Below, in pieces: positions 12,790 through 25,901 of a DNA stretch of 64,000 nt (positions are counted from its first letter, which is position 1; each line of letters opens with the position of its first letter). The translations under genes were made by a program, and so were the position numbers. Source of the DNA: Octopus sinensis. Taxonomy: Eukaryota. The notes below the pieces were generated by a model that had not been told where the DNA came from, ran no database searches, and was given only the letters and a program-made list of their open reading frames with translations. The stretch spans positions 19,778,001 to 19,842,000 of the forward strand of contig NC_043003.1 in the NCBI RefSeq assembly GCF_006345805.1, read 5' to 3'.

Positions 12790-13250
12790 TATATATATTT
12801 ATTTGATGAACACTATTCGTTTCGTTAATTGTATATGTAATTATAAAGCATGCAAAGTTTATCTACATAGTTTATACATCAATTTTTACTATAATTATGT
12901 TTATATATTTGATGAATTAAATCCGTTTCCTAACATTTATATGTAATAATAATCATTCATTTTACAAACAAAATTTATCTACACATTTTCTACACTAATT
13001 TTTACCATAATCATATTTATATATTTGATCAATTAAATCTGTTTCTCAGAATTAGATATATATGGAATTACTCTTTATATACTCATGATATGTACATTTT
13101 AGCGGTAATTTCTTTTTATTATAATTATATTTATATTTTTGAATAAAACTGTTTTCTAAATTGTAAATTTACATTTTATATACTAATTTTATATACATAT
13201 TTTATACACGAATTTTATAATCCGGTTCCTAAAATTTCTGTTTACATAAT
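12790..13250 (+). repeat. Degenerate AT-rich tandem repeat, ~105-116-bp period
   Basis: Recurring tatatttgatgaattaaatc(c/t)gtttc motif near 12806, 12911, 13027, 13141; similar unit near 9075. Confidence 0.55.
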
Positions 13251-13584
13251 ACATATATATTTAACAAATGTCAGTATTTATTTTATATGTTTTAGAAATA
13301 GATATATGCCTTTTATAAGTAGATATAAAGCCTTATATTTATAAATATATATAAATATATTTCCTTCTAAGTACATTTGATTTAATATTCAAAATATTTG
13401 TGTATTCATTTCTTTTTATATTTATTTACAAATTTACATATCTCGAATATATACTCGTATATTGTGTAGATTCCTTTACATAATATTAACGATTTCAAAT
13501 TAGGCCTAAGGCCTGAAATTCTTACGGTGTGGTACAGTCGATTATGAGAAAATCCAGCAACCAAGGAAACCGGTGATATCCGAA

Positions 13585-14195
13585 TTAGAAGCAATGCTAA
13601 TGGTATAACCCAAAGGAGAGTTTATTGAATGTTAATAATGTTGTCTCGGAAGCTGTATTTCCAATATGGCTGATGCAGAAGTTGAAGCCAAAACCTGACA
13701 GGTAAAGCAATGTCTGTTTCAACGCGTTCATTCAATATGGAGATCGAAAACCGTCAGTTAGCGTATGAAGCTGTTACTATACCCATCTATTGTTATACCG
13801 ACAGCTATCTACGCGAAGATCTCTCAATTGCTGGACGTGTTCCACCGATGCTGCTTACATTCAATCTCGGACATTTCTTACCAGGACAGAGTGAGAAACA
13901 AAGAGGTGAGGAGAAGAGCAGGCATGGGAAGTTTGCAGAACATGGTGACTAAGCGGTGGATACGGTTTACTGGCCATGTGCTTCGATTACTGCAGGAGAG
14001 ACGTGTTACCATCATGATGGAGTGGACGCCGGAAGGAGGAAAGGGACCAAGGAAGACATGGCGCAGTGCGTTCCGGGACAACATGATAGCGATGAGAGTT
14101 AGCCCGAGTGGGGTCAGGAGGGCGAGCACTCAGGATGTCTGGAGAAGGCTCGTTGCCCATTGTGCTGATAGCACTGGAAGACTAAGAGCTAAGAA
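13585..14195 (+). mobile_element. RTE-clade LINE 3' fragment
   Basis: ORF 13765-14217: LDVFHRCCL..ISYQDRVRNKEV, RFTGHVLR, GPRKTWR, VWRRLV. Confidence 0.88.
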
Positions 14196-14197
14196 TT

Positions 14198-14344
14198 ATA
14201 TTATTTACATTATTTGACGGATATTTGTCCTCATCTTATCTGTTGTCAACACACAACATTTCGGCTGATATACCCACCAGCCTTCATCAGGTATTTTGGG
14301 AAAATTTCGAACCTGGGTTCTCATTCCTAAGTTATTTTTAGATG

Positions 14345-14345
<1 letters not shown>
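14198..14345 (-). mobile_element. Penelope-like pseudo-LTR fragment next to (ATT)n
   Basis: Contains a hammerhead-like motif at 14251-14294 (minus). Confidence 0.5.
14251..14294 (-). ncRNA. Minimal hammerhead-like motif (variant)
   Basis: Minus strand atac-CTGATGA-a-ggctgg(tgggtata)tcagcc-GAAA-tg-TT-gtgt; good stem II, one extra A after the core, very short stem III. Confidence 0.5.
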
Positions 14346-14385
<40 letters not shown>

Positions 14386-14396
14386 ATTATTAGGGG

Positions 14397-14813
14397 GGCG
14401 CAGGAGTGGCTGTGTGGTAAGTAGCTTGCTTACCAACCACATTGTTCCAGGTTCAGTCCAACTGCGTGGCACCTTGGGCAAGTGTCTTCTACTATTGCCT
14501 CGGGCCAACCAAAGCCTTGTGGGTGGATTTGGTAGACGGAAACTGAAAGGAGCCCGTCGTATATATGTATATATATATATATGTATGTATGTGTGTGTAT
14601 ATGTTTGTGCGTCTGTGTTTGTCCCCCCAACATCGCTTGACAACCGATGCTGGTGTGTTTATGTCCCCGTAACTTAGCGGTTCGGCAAAAGAGCCGATAG
14701 AAAAAGTTCTAGGCTTACAAAGAATAAGTCCTGGGGTCGATTTGCTCGACTAAAGGCAGTAATCCAGCATGGCCACAGTCAAATGACTGAAACAAGTAAA
14801 CGAGTAAAAGAGT
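14397..14813 (+). mobile_element. SINE family A, full length
   Basis: Complete head, core, microsatellite and tail. Confidence 0.92.
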
Positions 14814-14819
14814 ATACCG

Positions 14820-15002
14820 GGAAAAGTGCTTAGCGCTATTTCGTTCGTTTTTATGATCTGAATTCAAATTTCATTGAGATCGACTTTGTCTTTCATCCCT
14901 TTCGAGGGTCAATAAAATAAGTACTAGTCGAGCACTGGGGGTCGATGTAATCGAATATCCCCTTCCCCCGAAATTGCTGGCCATCTACCAAAATTTGAAA
15001 CG
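14820..15002 (+). mobile_element. SINE family B, older tail variant
   Basis: tcgactttgtctttcatcc...aagtactag; tail ...ccaaaatttgaaa. Confidence 0.75.
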
Positions 15003-15717
15003 ATTATTTATAGCTTGATCTACTTCGAGTTCAATTGTTAAAAATATTATATTTCACTTCAAAATTGATGCAAACAACATACAAAGCTTCTGAGAACAAA
15101 GCTTTTAAATTCGACGGAGAAAATTTGAAGGATTGCTTTGGTTGAATGGTTAGAACCATCATATGCATCTACCATGTTTACACTGTAGGTTTGTGTTCCA
15201 CGGGTGGCCTTATCCTTTTTCTATCCAAATCTCTTTTGAACAGAATATCCTACATGTTAGTATTTAAAACTTTATCTACATCTAGTTTCACTGTTACAAA
15301 AAATGATATGTGTGTGTATGTGTGTGTGTGTCTGTGTCTGTGTGAACCGAGGCAGTGCTTAGTTCAACTAAGCAAGATATTTAATCAGAGAGAGTGCAAG
15401 ACAACACGAAATGTAGCTGATGCTGTGAGAGTATGGCTTTGTGAATCAAGTGAAAGGGGGAAAAACGAGCCTGAAATAAACCAAGTAAAGAAAAATATAG
15501 AATACACACTCTTGCCATATACGTGAATAGAATGTTTACGTTTACTGTTGCTATTATTACTCTCTTAGGCATACTTACACACACACACACGCATGCGCAC
15601 GCACACACACAAACACGTCTATATAATTATGAAGAAATTGACAGATCTATTAAACTGTATGTGCACATTCATAAATACGCACACATGTCCCTCTTGTTCT
15701 CTATCTGTCTGCATATA

Positions 15718-15719
<2 letters not shown>

Positions 15720-15790
<71 letters not shown>

Positions 15791-16084
15791 GTGTGTATAT
15801 ATATATATGTGTGTGTGTATATATATGTGTGTGTGTATATATATGTATATATATATATGTGTGGTGTATATATGTGTATATATGTGTGTATATATGTGTG
15901 TGTGTATATATGTGTGTATATATGTGTGTATGTGTGTGTGTATGTGTGTGTGTGTATATGTGTGTGTATACATATGTGTGTGTATATGTATGTGTGTGTA
16001 TATATATATGTGTGTGTATATGTATGTGTGTGTATATATATATGTGTGTATATGTATGTGTGTGTATATATATGTGTGTATATA

Positions 16085-16115
<31 letters not shown>

Positions 16116-16150
16116 GTTCATATATATACATATATATTTACACGCATACA
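15720..16150. repeat. Compound (TA)n/(TG)n microsatellite
   Basis: Seen directly. Confidence 0.95.
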
Positions 16151-16522
16151 CACATACTTGATTATAGATTTATAATGGCTAAAATTTAATCTGTTTCTTT
16201 CGACTCTTCGCTTGCGTATTATTTTATGTACATCTTTTGTCTTTTCAAAAATACATTTCCATATCTTTAAATATTTATAAATATTTATTCTTGTAAAATA
16301 TTTACTTTCGATTATTATTTTTTTAAAACAAAGACGTGTTCCTATTCTGAAATCATTGTATTTTAGCATAATTCGACGACAAAAAGAAACAAAAAACAAA
16401 ACCTGATACATTTATAATTTATAGCATTTTTATTCTCATTTCTTTCATTTGCCATTATACATTACGTAAATAATAGTGTGCATGCGTTATTTTTAGCATG
16501 GGAATTAGTTAAGTATCCTATA

Positions 16523-16712
16523 GGTTTCAAATTTTGGCACAAGGTCAGCAATTTCGAAGTGGTGTTAAGTCGTTTATATATATCCCAGTGTTCAACTGCT
16601 ACTTATTTTATCGACCCCGAAACGGATGTAAAGCAAAGTCGACTCCGGTGACATTTGAACTCAGAATGTAAAGTCGGAAGACATGTCTCCAGGCAGTCTG
16701 CTAGCCAGCCAC
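16523..16712 (-). mobile_element. SINE family B (diverged)
   Basis: Same core as the other B copies. Confidence 0.75.
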
Positions 16713-16727
16713 CTTATTATTATTTAT

Positions 16728-17138
16728 TACTCTTACTCTTTTACTTGTTTCAGTCATGTGACTGTGGCCAAGCTGGAGCGCCGCCTCTAGTCGAGCAAAT
16801 CGACACCAGGACTTATTCTTTGTAAGCCTAGTACTTATTCTATCGGTCTCTTTTGCCGAACTGCTAAGTTACGGGGACGTAAACACACTAGCATCGGCTG
16901 TCAAGCGATGTTGGGGGACAAACACAGACACACAAACATATATACACAACACACATATATATATACATATATACGACGGGCTTCTTTCAGTTTCTGTCTA
17001 CCAAATCCACGCATAAGGCTTTGGTCGGCCCGAGGCTATAGTCGAAGACACTTGCCCAAGGTGCCACGCAGTGGGACTGAACCTGGAACCATGTAGTTTG
17101 TAAGCAAGCTACTTACCGCACAGCCACTCCTACGCCTA
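16728..17138 (-). mobile_element. SINE family A, full length
   Basis: Complete head, core, microsatellite and tail. Confidence 0.92.
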
Positions 17139-17152
17139 TACTTACTACACAG

Positions 17153-17787
17153 CCACTATGACCCTGAAACTAAAGTCCAGTCGAAGCAATGGAAGCATGA
17201 TAACTCACCGCTTCCAAAGGAGACTCGTATCCTACCCTCAGCAAACAAGGCGATGCTCACAGTCTTTTGGGACCAGCGCGGGGTAATGATGATGGATTTT
17301 CTGGCAAAGGGCACCACAATTAACGGGGCATATTATGCTTCTCTGTTGCAGAAATTGTGGAATGCCATCAAAGCAGAGCGTCGTGGCCTGCTGACCAAAG
17401 GATTTCGCCTCCTCCCAGACAACGCCCCAGTTCACAATGCGCATGTTGCCCAGATGAAAGCACACTCCTGCGGCTATTAAACCCTTCCTCATCTCCCTAA
17501 CTCTCCCGACCTCGCACCATCTGACTTTCACCGCTTTCGAACCATGAAGTCTTTTTTGAAGGGGATAACTTTTCAGATGATGATTAGCTTATTTCCGAGA
17601 TAAAGTCTTGGCTCCAGACTCAGCCTACCGACTTCTACAGGCGAAGTCTTTACAGCTGCATAAAGCGATGAGAGAAGCGAGTCACCATTGGTGGTGGCTA
17701 TGTAGAAAGTACTAATAATTATGCCAAGTTTTGTTATCCCTGTCCCTGCGAAGTGGGTCAGGGGAGATCTTTAATGAACGCCCCTCG
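17153..17787 (+). mobile_element. Mariner DNA transposon, 3' half (transposase pseudogene)
   Basis: HYDPETK.QSKQW, MLTVFWDQRGV, DNAPVH, SPDLAPSDF motifs with stops; right end ttaatgaacgcccctcg. Confidence 0.9.
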
Positions 17788-17884
17788 TGTCGTTCGGGAA
17801 GAATGGAAAAGTCTTCTATATTTCAATCCTACGCTCTCACACACTCTCTTGTCTGCCTGTCTGCCTGTCTGTCAGTCTCTCTAT

Positions 17885-18290
17885 ACTCTCTTTTGCTCTC
17901 TTTGACTTGTTTCAGTCATTTGACCGCAGTCATGCTGGAGCACTGCCTTTAGTCGAGCAAATCGACCCCAGGACGTCTTCTTTGTAAGCTAGTACTTATT
18001 CTATCGGTCTTTTATGCCGAACCGCTAAGTTACGGGGACGTAAACACACCAGCATCGGTTGTCAAGCGATGTTGGACACACACAGACGCAAAAACATATA
18101 CACACACATGCATATATATATATATGTACGACGGGCTTCTTTCAGTTTCCGTCTACCAAACTCACTCACAAGGCTTTGGTCGGCCCGAGGCTATAGTAGA
18201 AGACACTTGCCAAAGGTTCCATGCAGTAGAATTGAACCCGGAACCATGTGGTTGGTTAGCAAGCTACTTACCACACAGCCTCCTGCGCCT
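17885..18290 (-). mobile_element. SINE family A
   Basis: Complete structure. Confidence 0.9.
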
Positions 18291-18312
18291 CCTCTCTCTC
18301 TGTCTCTCTCTG

Positions 18313-18354
<42 letters not shown>

Positions 18355-18364
18355 TCTCTCTCTC

Positions 18365-18409
18365 TCTATATATATGTATATATGTATAGTATATATGTAT
18401 ATATATATG

Positions 18410-18482
<73 letters not shown>

Positions 18483-19020
18483 GTATATATATATGATATG
18501 TATATATATATGTATATATATATATATTGTATATATGTATGTATATATGTATGTATGTATATGTATGTATGTATATATGTTGTATGTATGTGTATATATT
18601 ATATATGTATGTTTATATATATGTATATAATATATGTATATATATATATGTATATATATATATGTATATATATCTATGTATATATATATATATATGTATA
18701 TATATATGTATATATATATGTATGTATATATAATGTATATAATATGTATATATATGTATATATATATGTATATATATGTATATGTATATATATGTATATA
18801 TATATGATATATGTATGTATGCTATGTATATTATGTATGTATGTATATTATGTATGTATGTATATATGTAATATGTATGTATATCTATGTATATATGTAT
18901 GTATATATGTATATATTGAATGTATATATGTATGTATATATATGTATATGTATGTATATATGTATATATCAATGTATATATGTATGTATATATGTATATA
19001 TATGTATGTATATATGCATG

Positions 19021-19055
<35 letters not shown>

Positions 19056-19080
19056 GTATATATCAATGTATATATGTATG

Positions 19081-19140
<60 letters not shown>

Positions 19141-19290
19141 GTATGTATATATGTATATATATATATGTATGTTATAGGTGTATATATATGTATGTAAATG
19201 TGTTTATATATATGTATGTATAATATATTATTATATATATATATATATAATATATATATATATATGTATATATGTATATATAAATAATAC
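18365..19290. repeat. (TA)n/(TATG)n microsatellite
   Basis: Seen directly. Confidence 0.95.
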
Positions 19291-19360
19291 AGTGATTGTT
19301 CTTATCAGGAACAAAATGTTTAATAGGACTGCTATAGAAGTGCTTAATTAAATGAGACAA

Positions 19361-20494
19361 ATATATTAAACTATGGTTGCAGAACAAACAATACAAGGTC
19401 ATCCACGTAACATTCATATCTCGAACATTTAATCATAGAATATTACATGTATAACATCACAGAAGATGAAGCAAAACTCATCAATACAAGCATATAAGAA
19501 AATGCGAGGAAAATGTGTGAATACAGTTCATCACGGTTAAAAGTTAATACTTTAGCGATTAAGAAATATATATTTTTTTAAAAAACATTACAACACGTAA
19601 AAATATAAAGTATAAAGTAATAGATAAATATATAGATATATAAAAATATATAAAAATACATATATATAGGAAGCATATAAATAAGTAATATATAATATAT
19701 AAGGTATGATAAAAGTTCATCGTTTAGAAAATTTTAAAAAAATTACTTTTCAGATAAGGGAAACCTATAGTTAAAAGCCAGTGTCCAAGCAAAAAAGAAG
19801 AAACCATATTTACATTCCCTATGGCCATTTCAAGGGTACATTACTGTATTTAATGCACGAGGGTGCATCACAATAATAACTCCTTCGTCAAGGGAAAAAA
19901 TAGAGAGACAGACATCACGTACCAGGGCGAGACCTCGTTAACCAGACCTAACACAATATTGTGTGGTTTCTTGAAATAAGAATTATTGTGATGCACCCTC
20001 GTGCATTAAATACAGTAATGTACCCCTGAAATGGCCATAGGGAATGTAAATATGGTTTCTTCTTGTTTGCTTGGACACTGGCTTTTAACTATAGGTTTCC
20101 CTTATCTGAAAAGTAATTAAAAAAAATTTTCTAAACGATGAACTTTTATCTTACCTTATATATTATATATTACTTATTTATATGCTTCCTATATATATGT
20201 ATTTTTATATATTTTTATATATCTATATATTTATATATTACTTTATACTTTATATTTTTACGTGTTGTAATGTTTAAAAAAAAATATATTTCTTAATCGC
20301 TAAAGTATTAACTTTTAACCGTGATGAACTGTATTCACACATTTTTCTCGCATTTTCTTATATGCTTGTACTGATGAGTTATGCTTCATCTTCTGTGATG
20401 GTATATATGTATATTCTATGATTAAATGTTCGAGATATGAAATGTTACGTGGATGACCTTGTATTTGTTTGTTCTGCAACCATAGTTTAATATA
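19361..20494. repeat. Long inverted repeat (~515-bp arms, ~104-bp spacer)
   Basis: 19361-19877 is the near-perfect reverse complement of 19982-20494. Confidence 0.93.
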
Positions 20495-20845
20495 TATGTA
20501 TGTATATATATATGTCTGTCTGTATATATATATATGTATATATATGTATATGTATGTATATATATGTATATATATGTATATGTATGAATATATGTATATA
20601 TATGTATATATATATGTATATGTATGTATATGTATGTATATGTATATGTATGTATGTATATGTATGTATATATATATGTATGTATATGTATGTATATGTA
20701 TGTATGTATATGTATGTATGTATATATGTATATATATGTATATATATATATGTATGTATGTATATATTTGTATGTATATATGTATGTATATATATATGTA
20801 TGTATATATATATATGTATATATATATGTATGTATATATATGTAT
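20490..20845. repeat. (TA)n/(TATG)n microsatellite
   Basis: Seen directly. Confidence 0.95.
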
Positions 20846-21508
20846 AAGCAATTATGGGGATAAAAAAATTAGATACATAAAAATTATTATACCCGCTTCT
20901 ATACCCGCTCAACCTGAACCCTCTTATAGCCTTTCCTTACTTTGTGGAGTGATCCCCTGTAAAAACATCGGAGTCTAAGTTTAAATCTTTTGAGCAATAC
21001 TAAGTGTCTTCTATACAGAGACTATGTGGATCTCACCTTTGAACTATATAGATATGTGTATATATATGGTAACTTTGGCCACTGGAGATAAAAACTTAAG
21101 TAAACTGAGGCTTATAAAGACATAGATAGATGATGGTCTTCCATGACGTTTGGGAGATTGAAGGCTTTGTTAATTTTGTCAAAAGAAAAAAATATGAGAT
21201 ATAGCGCTATGAAAATATTTGTAGATCTAAAGTGGTGACGAAAACATTCTCTTTACTCTTACTCTTTTACTCTTTTACTTGTTTCAGTCATTTGACTGCA
21301 ACCATGCTGGAGTACCACCTTTAGTCGAGCAAATCGACCCCAGGACTTATTCTTTGTAAGCCTGGTACTTATACTGTCGGTCAGTTTTGCCGAACTGCTA
21401 AGTTACGGGGACGTAAACACACCAGCATCGGTTGTCAAACGATGTTGGGGGATAAAGACACAAACACATACACGCACACACACATACACACACATATGTA
21501 TATACATA

Positions 21509-22799
21509 CAGGATGGGGAAGCAAAATTTACAATGAACGTTATGTTGTTTTTTCTCAGCAGCCACTAAATCAGTTGTTTTGAAACCTAGCATATATTGAT
21601 GTCATACTCATATCTAACACTATTATCCTTACCTTTTCAGAAACTTTTGTCCATATGAGTAATCAGGAAAGCTAACATCAAAGAGGGTGTGATTTGCTGA
21701 ATGCACTCGTCACACCAAAGGAGATTTCAAGAATAGTTGGAGTGTCCATAAAGGCTGTTTATAACGTAAAGAATAGAATGACTTTGAGCAAAGCTATTAC
21801 GAGGAAGTCTGGAAGTAGAAGAATCAACAGGAAACGTACCAAAGCTTTTTTTTAAAGCTCTCAAATCCAAAATCCTAAAGGATCCAATCAAATCCATGAG
21901 AAAAATGGCAAATGAACTTGAGGTAGACAACAAGACCATTAGAAATGCAGTAAAATACGACTTGAGGTTAAAATCTCACACAAGAACACCAAAACACTTG
22001 TTGACAACAGCTATGAAGGAAAAGAGATTAGAAAGGTGCAAGAAAATTATTAAATGGTTCAAGAAAAATTCTTCCATTGTAACAATCTTTTCAGATGAAA
22101 AGCTCTTCAGTGTCGATGCTGTTCTGAACCGCGGAAATGACAGATTTATCGCAAAATTAACAGCTGAGATTAAGGGGACATTCAAAACAAAACATCCTGC
22201 TCAAATTATGGCTTTTGGTGATGTGGCTTCCGATGGAAAGAAAATGCCTATAAAATACTACAAAGCTAATGAAAAGGTCAGTGCTAATACTTACTATAAG
22301 ACTCTGAGATACCAGGTATTGCCATGGCTTAAAGCAAACTACCCATATGGTAATTAAGTATGGACACAGGATGGTGCTCCAGCCCACACAGCTAGAAGAA
22401 TACAAGATTTCTGCAAATCCAACTTTAGCAATTTTTTGGAATCACGTTTATGGCCGCCTTTTAGCCCAGATCTAAACCCTCTGGACTATGCTATTTGGGA
22501 CGTTTTAGAACATGCTACCAATAGAACATCACACAGCAACGTCGACTCTCTTAAAGATACTATTAAAGAAGAATGGGAGACGTTGTCTCTCGAATATTTG
22601 AGGAACACTTGCGCAAGTTTCAGGAAGCGTGTGAAGACAGTTATTGAGAAAGAAGGAAGACACACAGAATAAAAACATTTTCTATTATGTAAATTTTCTT
22701 ATGGCAAATAAATTCGCATGACTTTCAATAAACTAATTGGTCATTCACTGTCTTTCAATCCCTGCTTCAAAATATTGTAAATTTTGCTTCCCCACCCTG
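21509..22799 (+). mobile_element. Full-length Tc1/mariner-superfamily transposon, DD37D (maT) family
   Basis: 26-bp TIRs caggrtggggaagcaaaatttacaat, TA TSD, 1291 bp; FSDEK, QDGAPAH...SPDLNPLDY with 37 residues between the second and third D. Confidence 0.93.
21655..22672 (+). pseudogene. DD37D transposase pseudogene
   Basis: MSNQES*...; early stop, frameshift in the T-run near 21850, stop at 22355-22357; HTH and DDD domains are recognisable. Confidence 0.88.
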
Positions 22800-22994
22800 T
22801 ATATACGACAGGCTTCTTTCAGTTTCCGTCTACCAAATCCACTCACAAGGCTTTGGTCAGCCCGAGATTATAGTAGAAGACACTTGCCCAAGCGTAGTGG
22901 GACCGAATCCGGGACCATGTGGTTCATAAGCAAGCTACTTACCATACAGCCATTCCTGCGCCTATTCTAGTTAAAATTAAAAAAAAATTACCAA

Positions 22995-23370
22995 GGCCTA
23001 TTCCCCGTAGGAAGAGGTAACCACAACAAGGGGCACACACCAGTCATTCCATTCATTTCCCAGCTCAAAGAGGTGAGCCCCGTTCTATGCTCGGGTCAGG
23101 GCATAGAAAACAACCCTTGATATCAGCTGTGAGGCTCGACTGCATATGCTGGTTTACCCCCACCGCGTCATGCTGGTTCCATACCGCTTTGGGCAAGACT
23201 CATCCGTCCACAAACACTCTCCAAGCTTTTCTATTATTAATAAACTCTCTTTCCTCTCTCACTCCAACATCTCTAACCACCAAGGCTTTTATCACTACAT
23301 CCATCCACACAAACCGAGGCCTGCCTCTGGTTCTGCTGCCTATCACTGAGTATGACTCTAAAATACATCC
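22995..23370 (-). mobile_element. RTE-clade LINE extreme 3' end
   Basis: GSRTRGRPRFVWMDVV...NRKAWRVFV* is the typical RTE C-terminus; 3' UTR follows. Confidence 0.75.
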
Positions 23371-23599
23371 GGTGGTGGGACCCTGGGGCCCTGGTTTCAG
23401 GTTTTGAGGAGTGTGGAACCACCTCTTAGCCACTATTGTTCCCAGGTCTACTCTGACCCGGAGTGGTAGCACCTGTAAGGGTTCCAGCTATGGGTTAACT
23501 AGCAAATCCCACTACAACTGGGGTGGGGGCGGTTGAATGCAGTTGCTGTATTCCCTGCGTGGTGTAAGATGCGACTAAAAAGACTGGTTAAGATATATT

Positions 23600-23973
23600 T
23601 TATCTTTATTTTTTCAGTTATAGGATCGTGACCATTCAGGGGGTACGACTTTGAAGGGTTTAGTCGAACAAATAGACCCCCAGAAACTTATTTTTAAAGC
23701 TTGGTATCTATTTTATCGATCTCATCTGCTAACCCATTACATTACAGAGACGTAAACAAACTAACACCGGTTGTCCACCGGTGGGCGACACAAACACGCG
23801 CATACACATATACTCTGGGCTTTCACACAGTTTCCGCGTACCAAATTCACTCTTGAGGCATTAGTCAGCCTGGGGTTATAGCTGAAGACATTCAAGGGAA
23901 TGTGTAGTGGGAATGCACCCGATGACACGTGCTTGCAAAGCGAGCGTCTTAACCACACATTCACGTCTGCGCC
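23600..23973 (-). mobile_element. SINE family A (old, diverged)
   Basis: Recognisable head and tail with many substitutions. Confidence 0.7.
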
Positions 23974-24087
23974 TGAAAAAAAATGGCAAAGTCGAAGGTA
24001 GGATTTGAATTTAGAATGTAAGGGTCATAACTAAAGTCTGTTTATAAATTTATCCGGTGCTCAAACGTTTTTGCCTTGGTAATTATG

Positions 24088-24290
24088 GGTTCAAATTTTG
24101 GCGTAAGGCCAGCAGTTTCGGGAAATGGACAAGTCGATTACATCGACCCCTGTACTCAACTGCTACTTATTTTATCGACGCCGAAAGGATGAAAGGCAAA
24201 GTTGACCTTGGAGGAATTTGAACTCAGAATGTAAAGACGGACGAAATATCGATAAGTATATGCAAGTGACTCTGCCAGATCAGTGCCTTA
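24088..24290 (-). mobile_element. SINE family B (older tail variant)
   Basis: B core gaaaggatgaaaggcaaagt...gaatttgaactcagaa. Confidence 0.8.
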
Positions 24291-25901
24291 ACGTTTTTTG
24301 TTATTTTGTCAAAAAAGAAAAAAAGATTTTATATTGCTGCAAATAAAAAAAAAAAATGAGAACGACAAAAAGGAAAAAGAAAAATGGATAGCCCTATTAA
24401 ACCATTCGTAGATCTAAAGTCGAGAACAAAACATTCTGGTAAAGATAATAGTGCAAGTTTTTTTCAGCATCTGATCTTTTGTTTATATTCTTTGATTCTT
24501 TGATGTATTAGGAAAAAATTCGTGAAATCTGCAAGAAATCAAAGATGTCGTTCGTACTTTAGATAAGACATCCATAATTTACTCAGTGTTTGTAAGAAAA
24601 ATGTGCGGAGATAAATGTCAGCGATATAGACACAGATTGTCCCCTTGTCTATCCTTCTTTTTCTCTTTTCCTCCGCTCCCTCTTTTCTTTCTCTCCTTCC
24701 TAGTTATATTAAATAATAGATTTGAAAATTTGGTGCTGTGTTTGAATTAGTCTTTTTACCTTGTATCTTGTAACAAGTGTTTCATTCCTACGTATGTATT
24801 CTTTCCATATTGCGGAATGGCGCCGAAAGGTGAAGCCTACCGACGCGCCAACAACTCAGTTCTGACCTCATCACCACCACTAATGTCATCATCAATATGA
24901 CCTTCGTCATCTTCCTCATTCGCGTTATTACCCTATCCACCTCCTCCTGTCCCCCTCCTCATGACCTCCTTCTCCTGTCCTCCTCATCCTCCTCCGCTCC
25001 CCCTCCCCTCCTCTCCTCATCGTCCTCCTGTAACCAGCACCTCCTCTCTTTCCATTTCTTCGTTGCTTTTTCTTCTTGTACATTTTTGATAGTTACAAAA
25101 TTATGCTTTAAAAAATATTTAAAATTAATTTTAATGTTGGTACATTATTTTATTCCAGTCATGTGTGTACCATTTTTTAAAAAATTCGCATTTATGGTAC
25201 ATAGATATCTCTGTCGTCTGTATTTTTCTTTTTACCAGCTTGTGTTTCCTGAAGACAGAATTCCTCCCTCACGATCGCTGCTTTCAACCTCGACGTGTAG
25301 TTGTGCGTGGCGTTCTATCTGGAATTGGTCTGTATTGTTTTGCATGTTTATATGGACTGTCTGAAACAGGAGCTCAATGTTTGATCGCAATCAGTTCTTT
25401 TGACAAGACATCTTATCATCAGATATCTCTCCCAAATTCTTATATGTCTCCTATCAGACCAATACAGACTCGCCTCTGGCAGCACGTTTACATTGCTCAT
25501 TTGTGAGCATGCTTTCCCTTCTAGAAGGAATTGAGGGAGTGTTTCCCGCTTACATCTGAAGCAATACAGGTTTGCCGTCCTCATCCGTGTGGGAGCGAAT
25601 TTCCACATATGCTTGCTGTTTTCATTTTACCAGTTATTCGAGGTTACCCTACACTACCTTAAGCACTTCTCTGTTTGATCCAGTGAAAGTTATTGTCCTA
25701 TCTAGTTAGCTTAGATTACGTATCAGTAGGTATTGATCCTCGGTTTTCGTTCTATTCATCCCAAGGTTAATATAACACCATCTTTAGGGACAATTATTCT
25801 TGCCCTTCTCTACATCTGCCCCAAGCTTGTGGGGAAGAGATCTGCTTACAGACACTTGTAAATTTAGCTGGAGGGCTTGCCTTTCCGTTACTGTAATTTC
25901 A

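Larger units (their letters stand above)
21248..22964 (-). mobile_element. SINE family A interrupted by a maT transposon
   Basis: Tail at 21248-21508 and head at 22800-22964 join across the insertion. Confidence 0.88.

Noticed and set aside
15523-19223. Long YI/CV/HT-rich ORFs (also 20315-20978, 33306-34348, 45075-46134, 61445-62792)
   Set aside because: Translations of di- and tetranucleotide microsatellites, open in several frames.
20371-20400. CTGATGAG in the palindrome arm
   Set aside because: No downstream GAAA, and the other arm differs at the core.
25395-25430. Minus-strand CTGATGA followed by a hairpin
   Set aside because: No GAAA or stem III in register.
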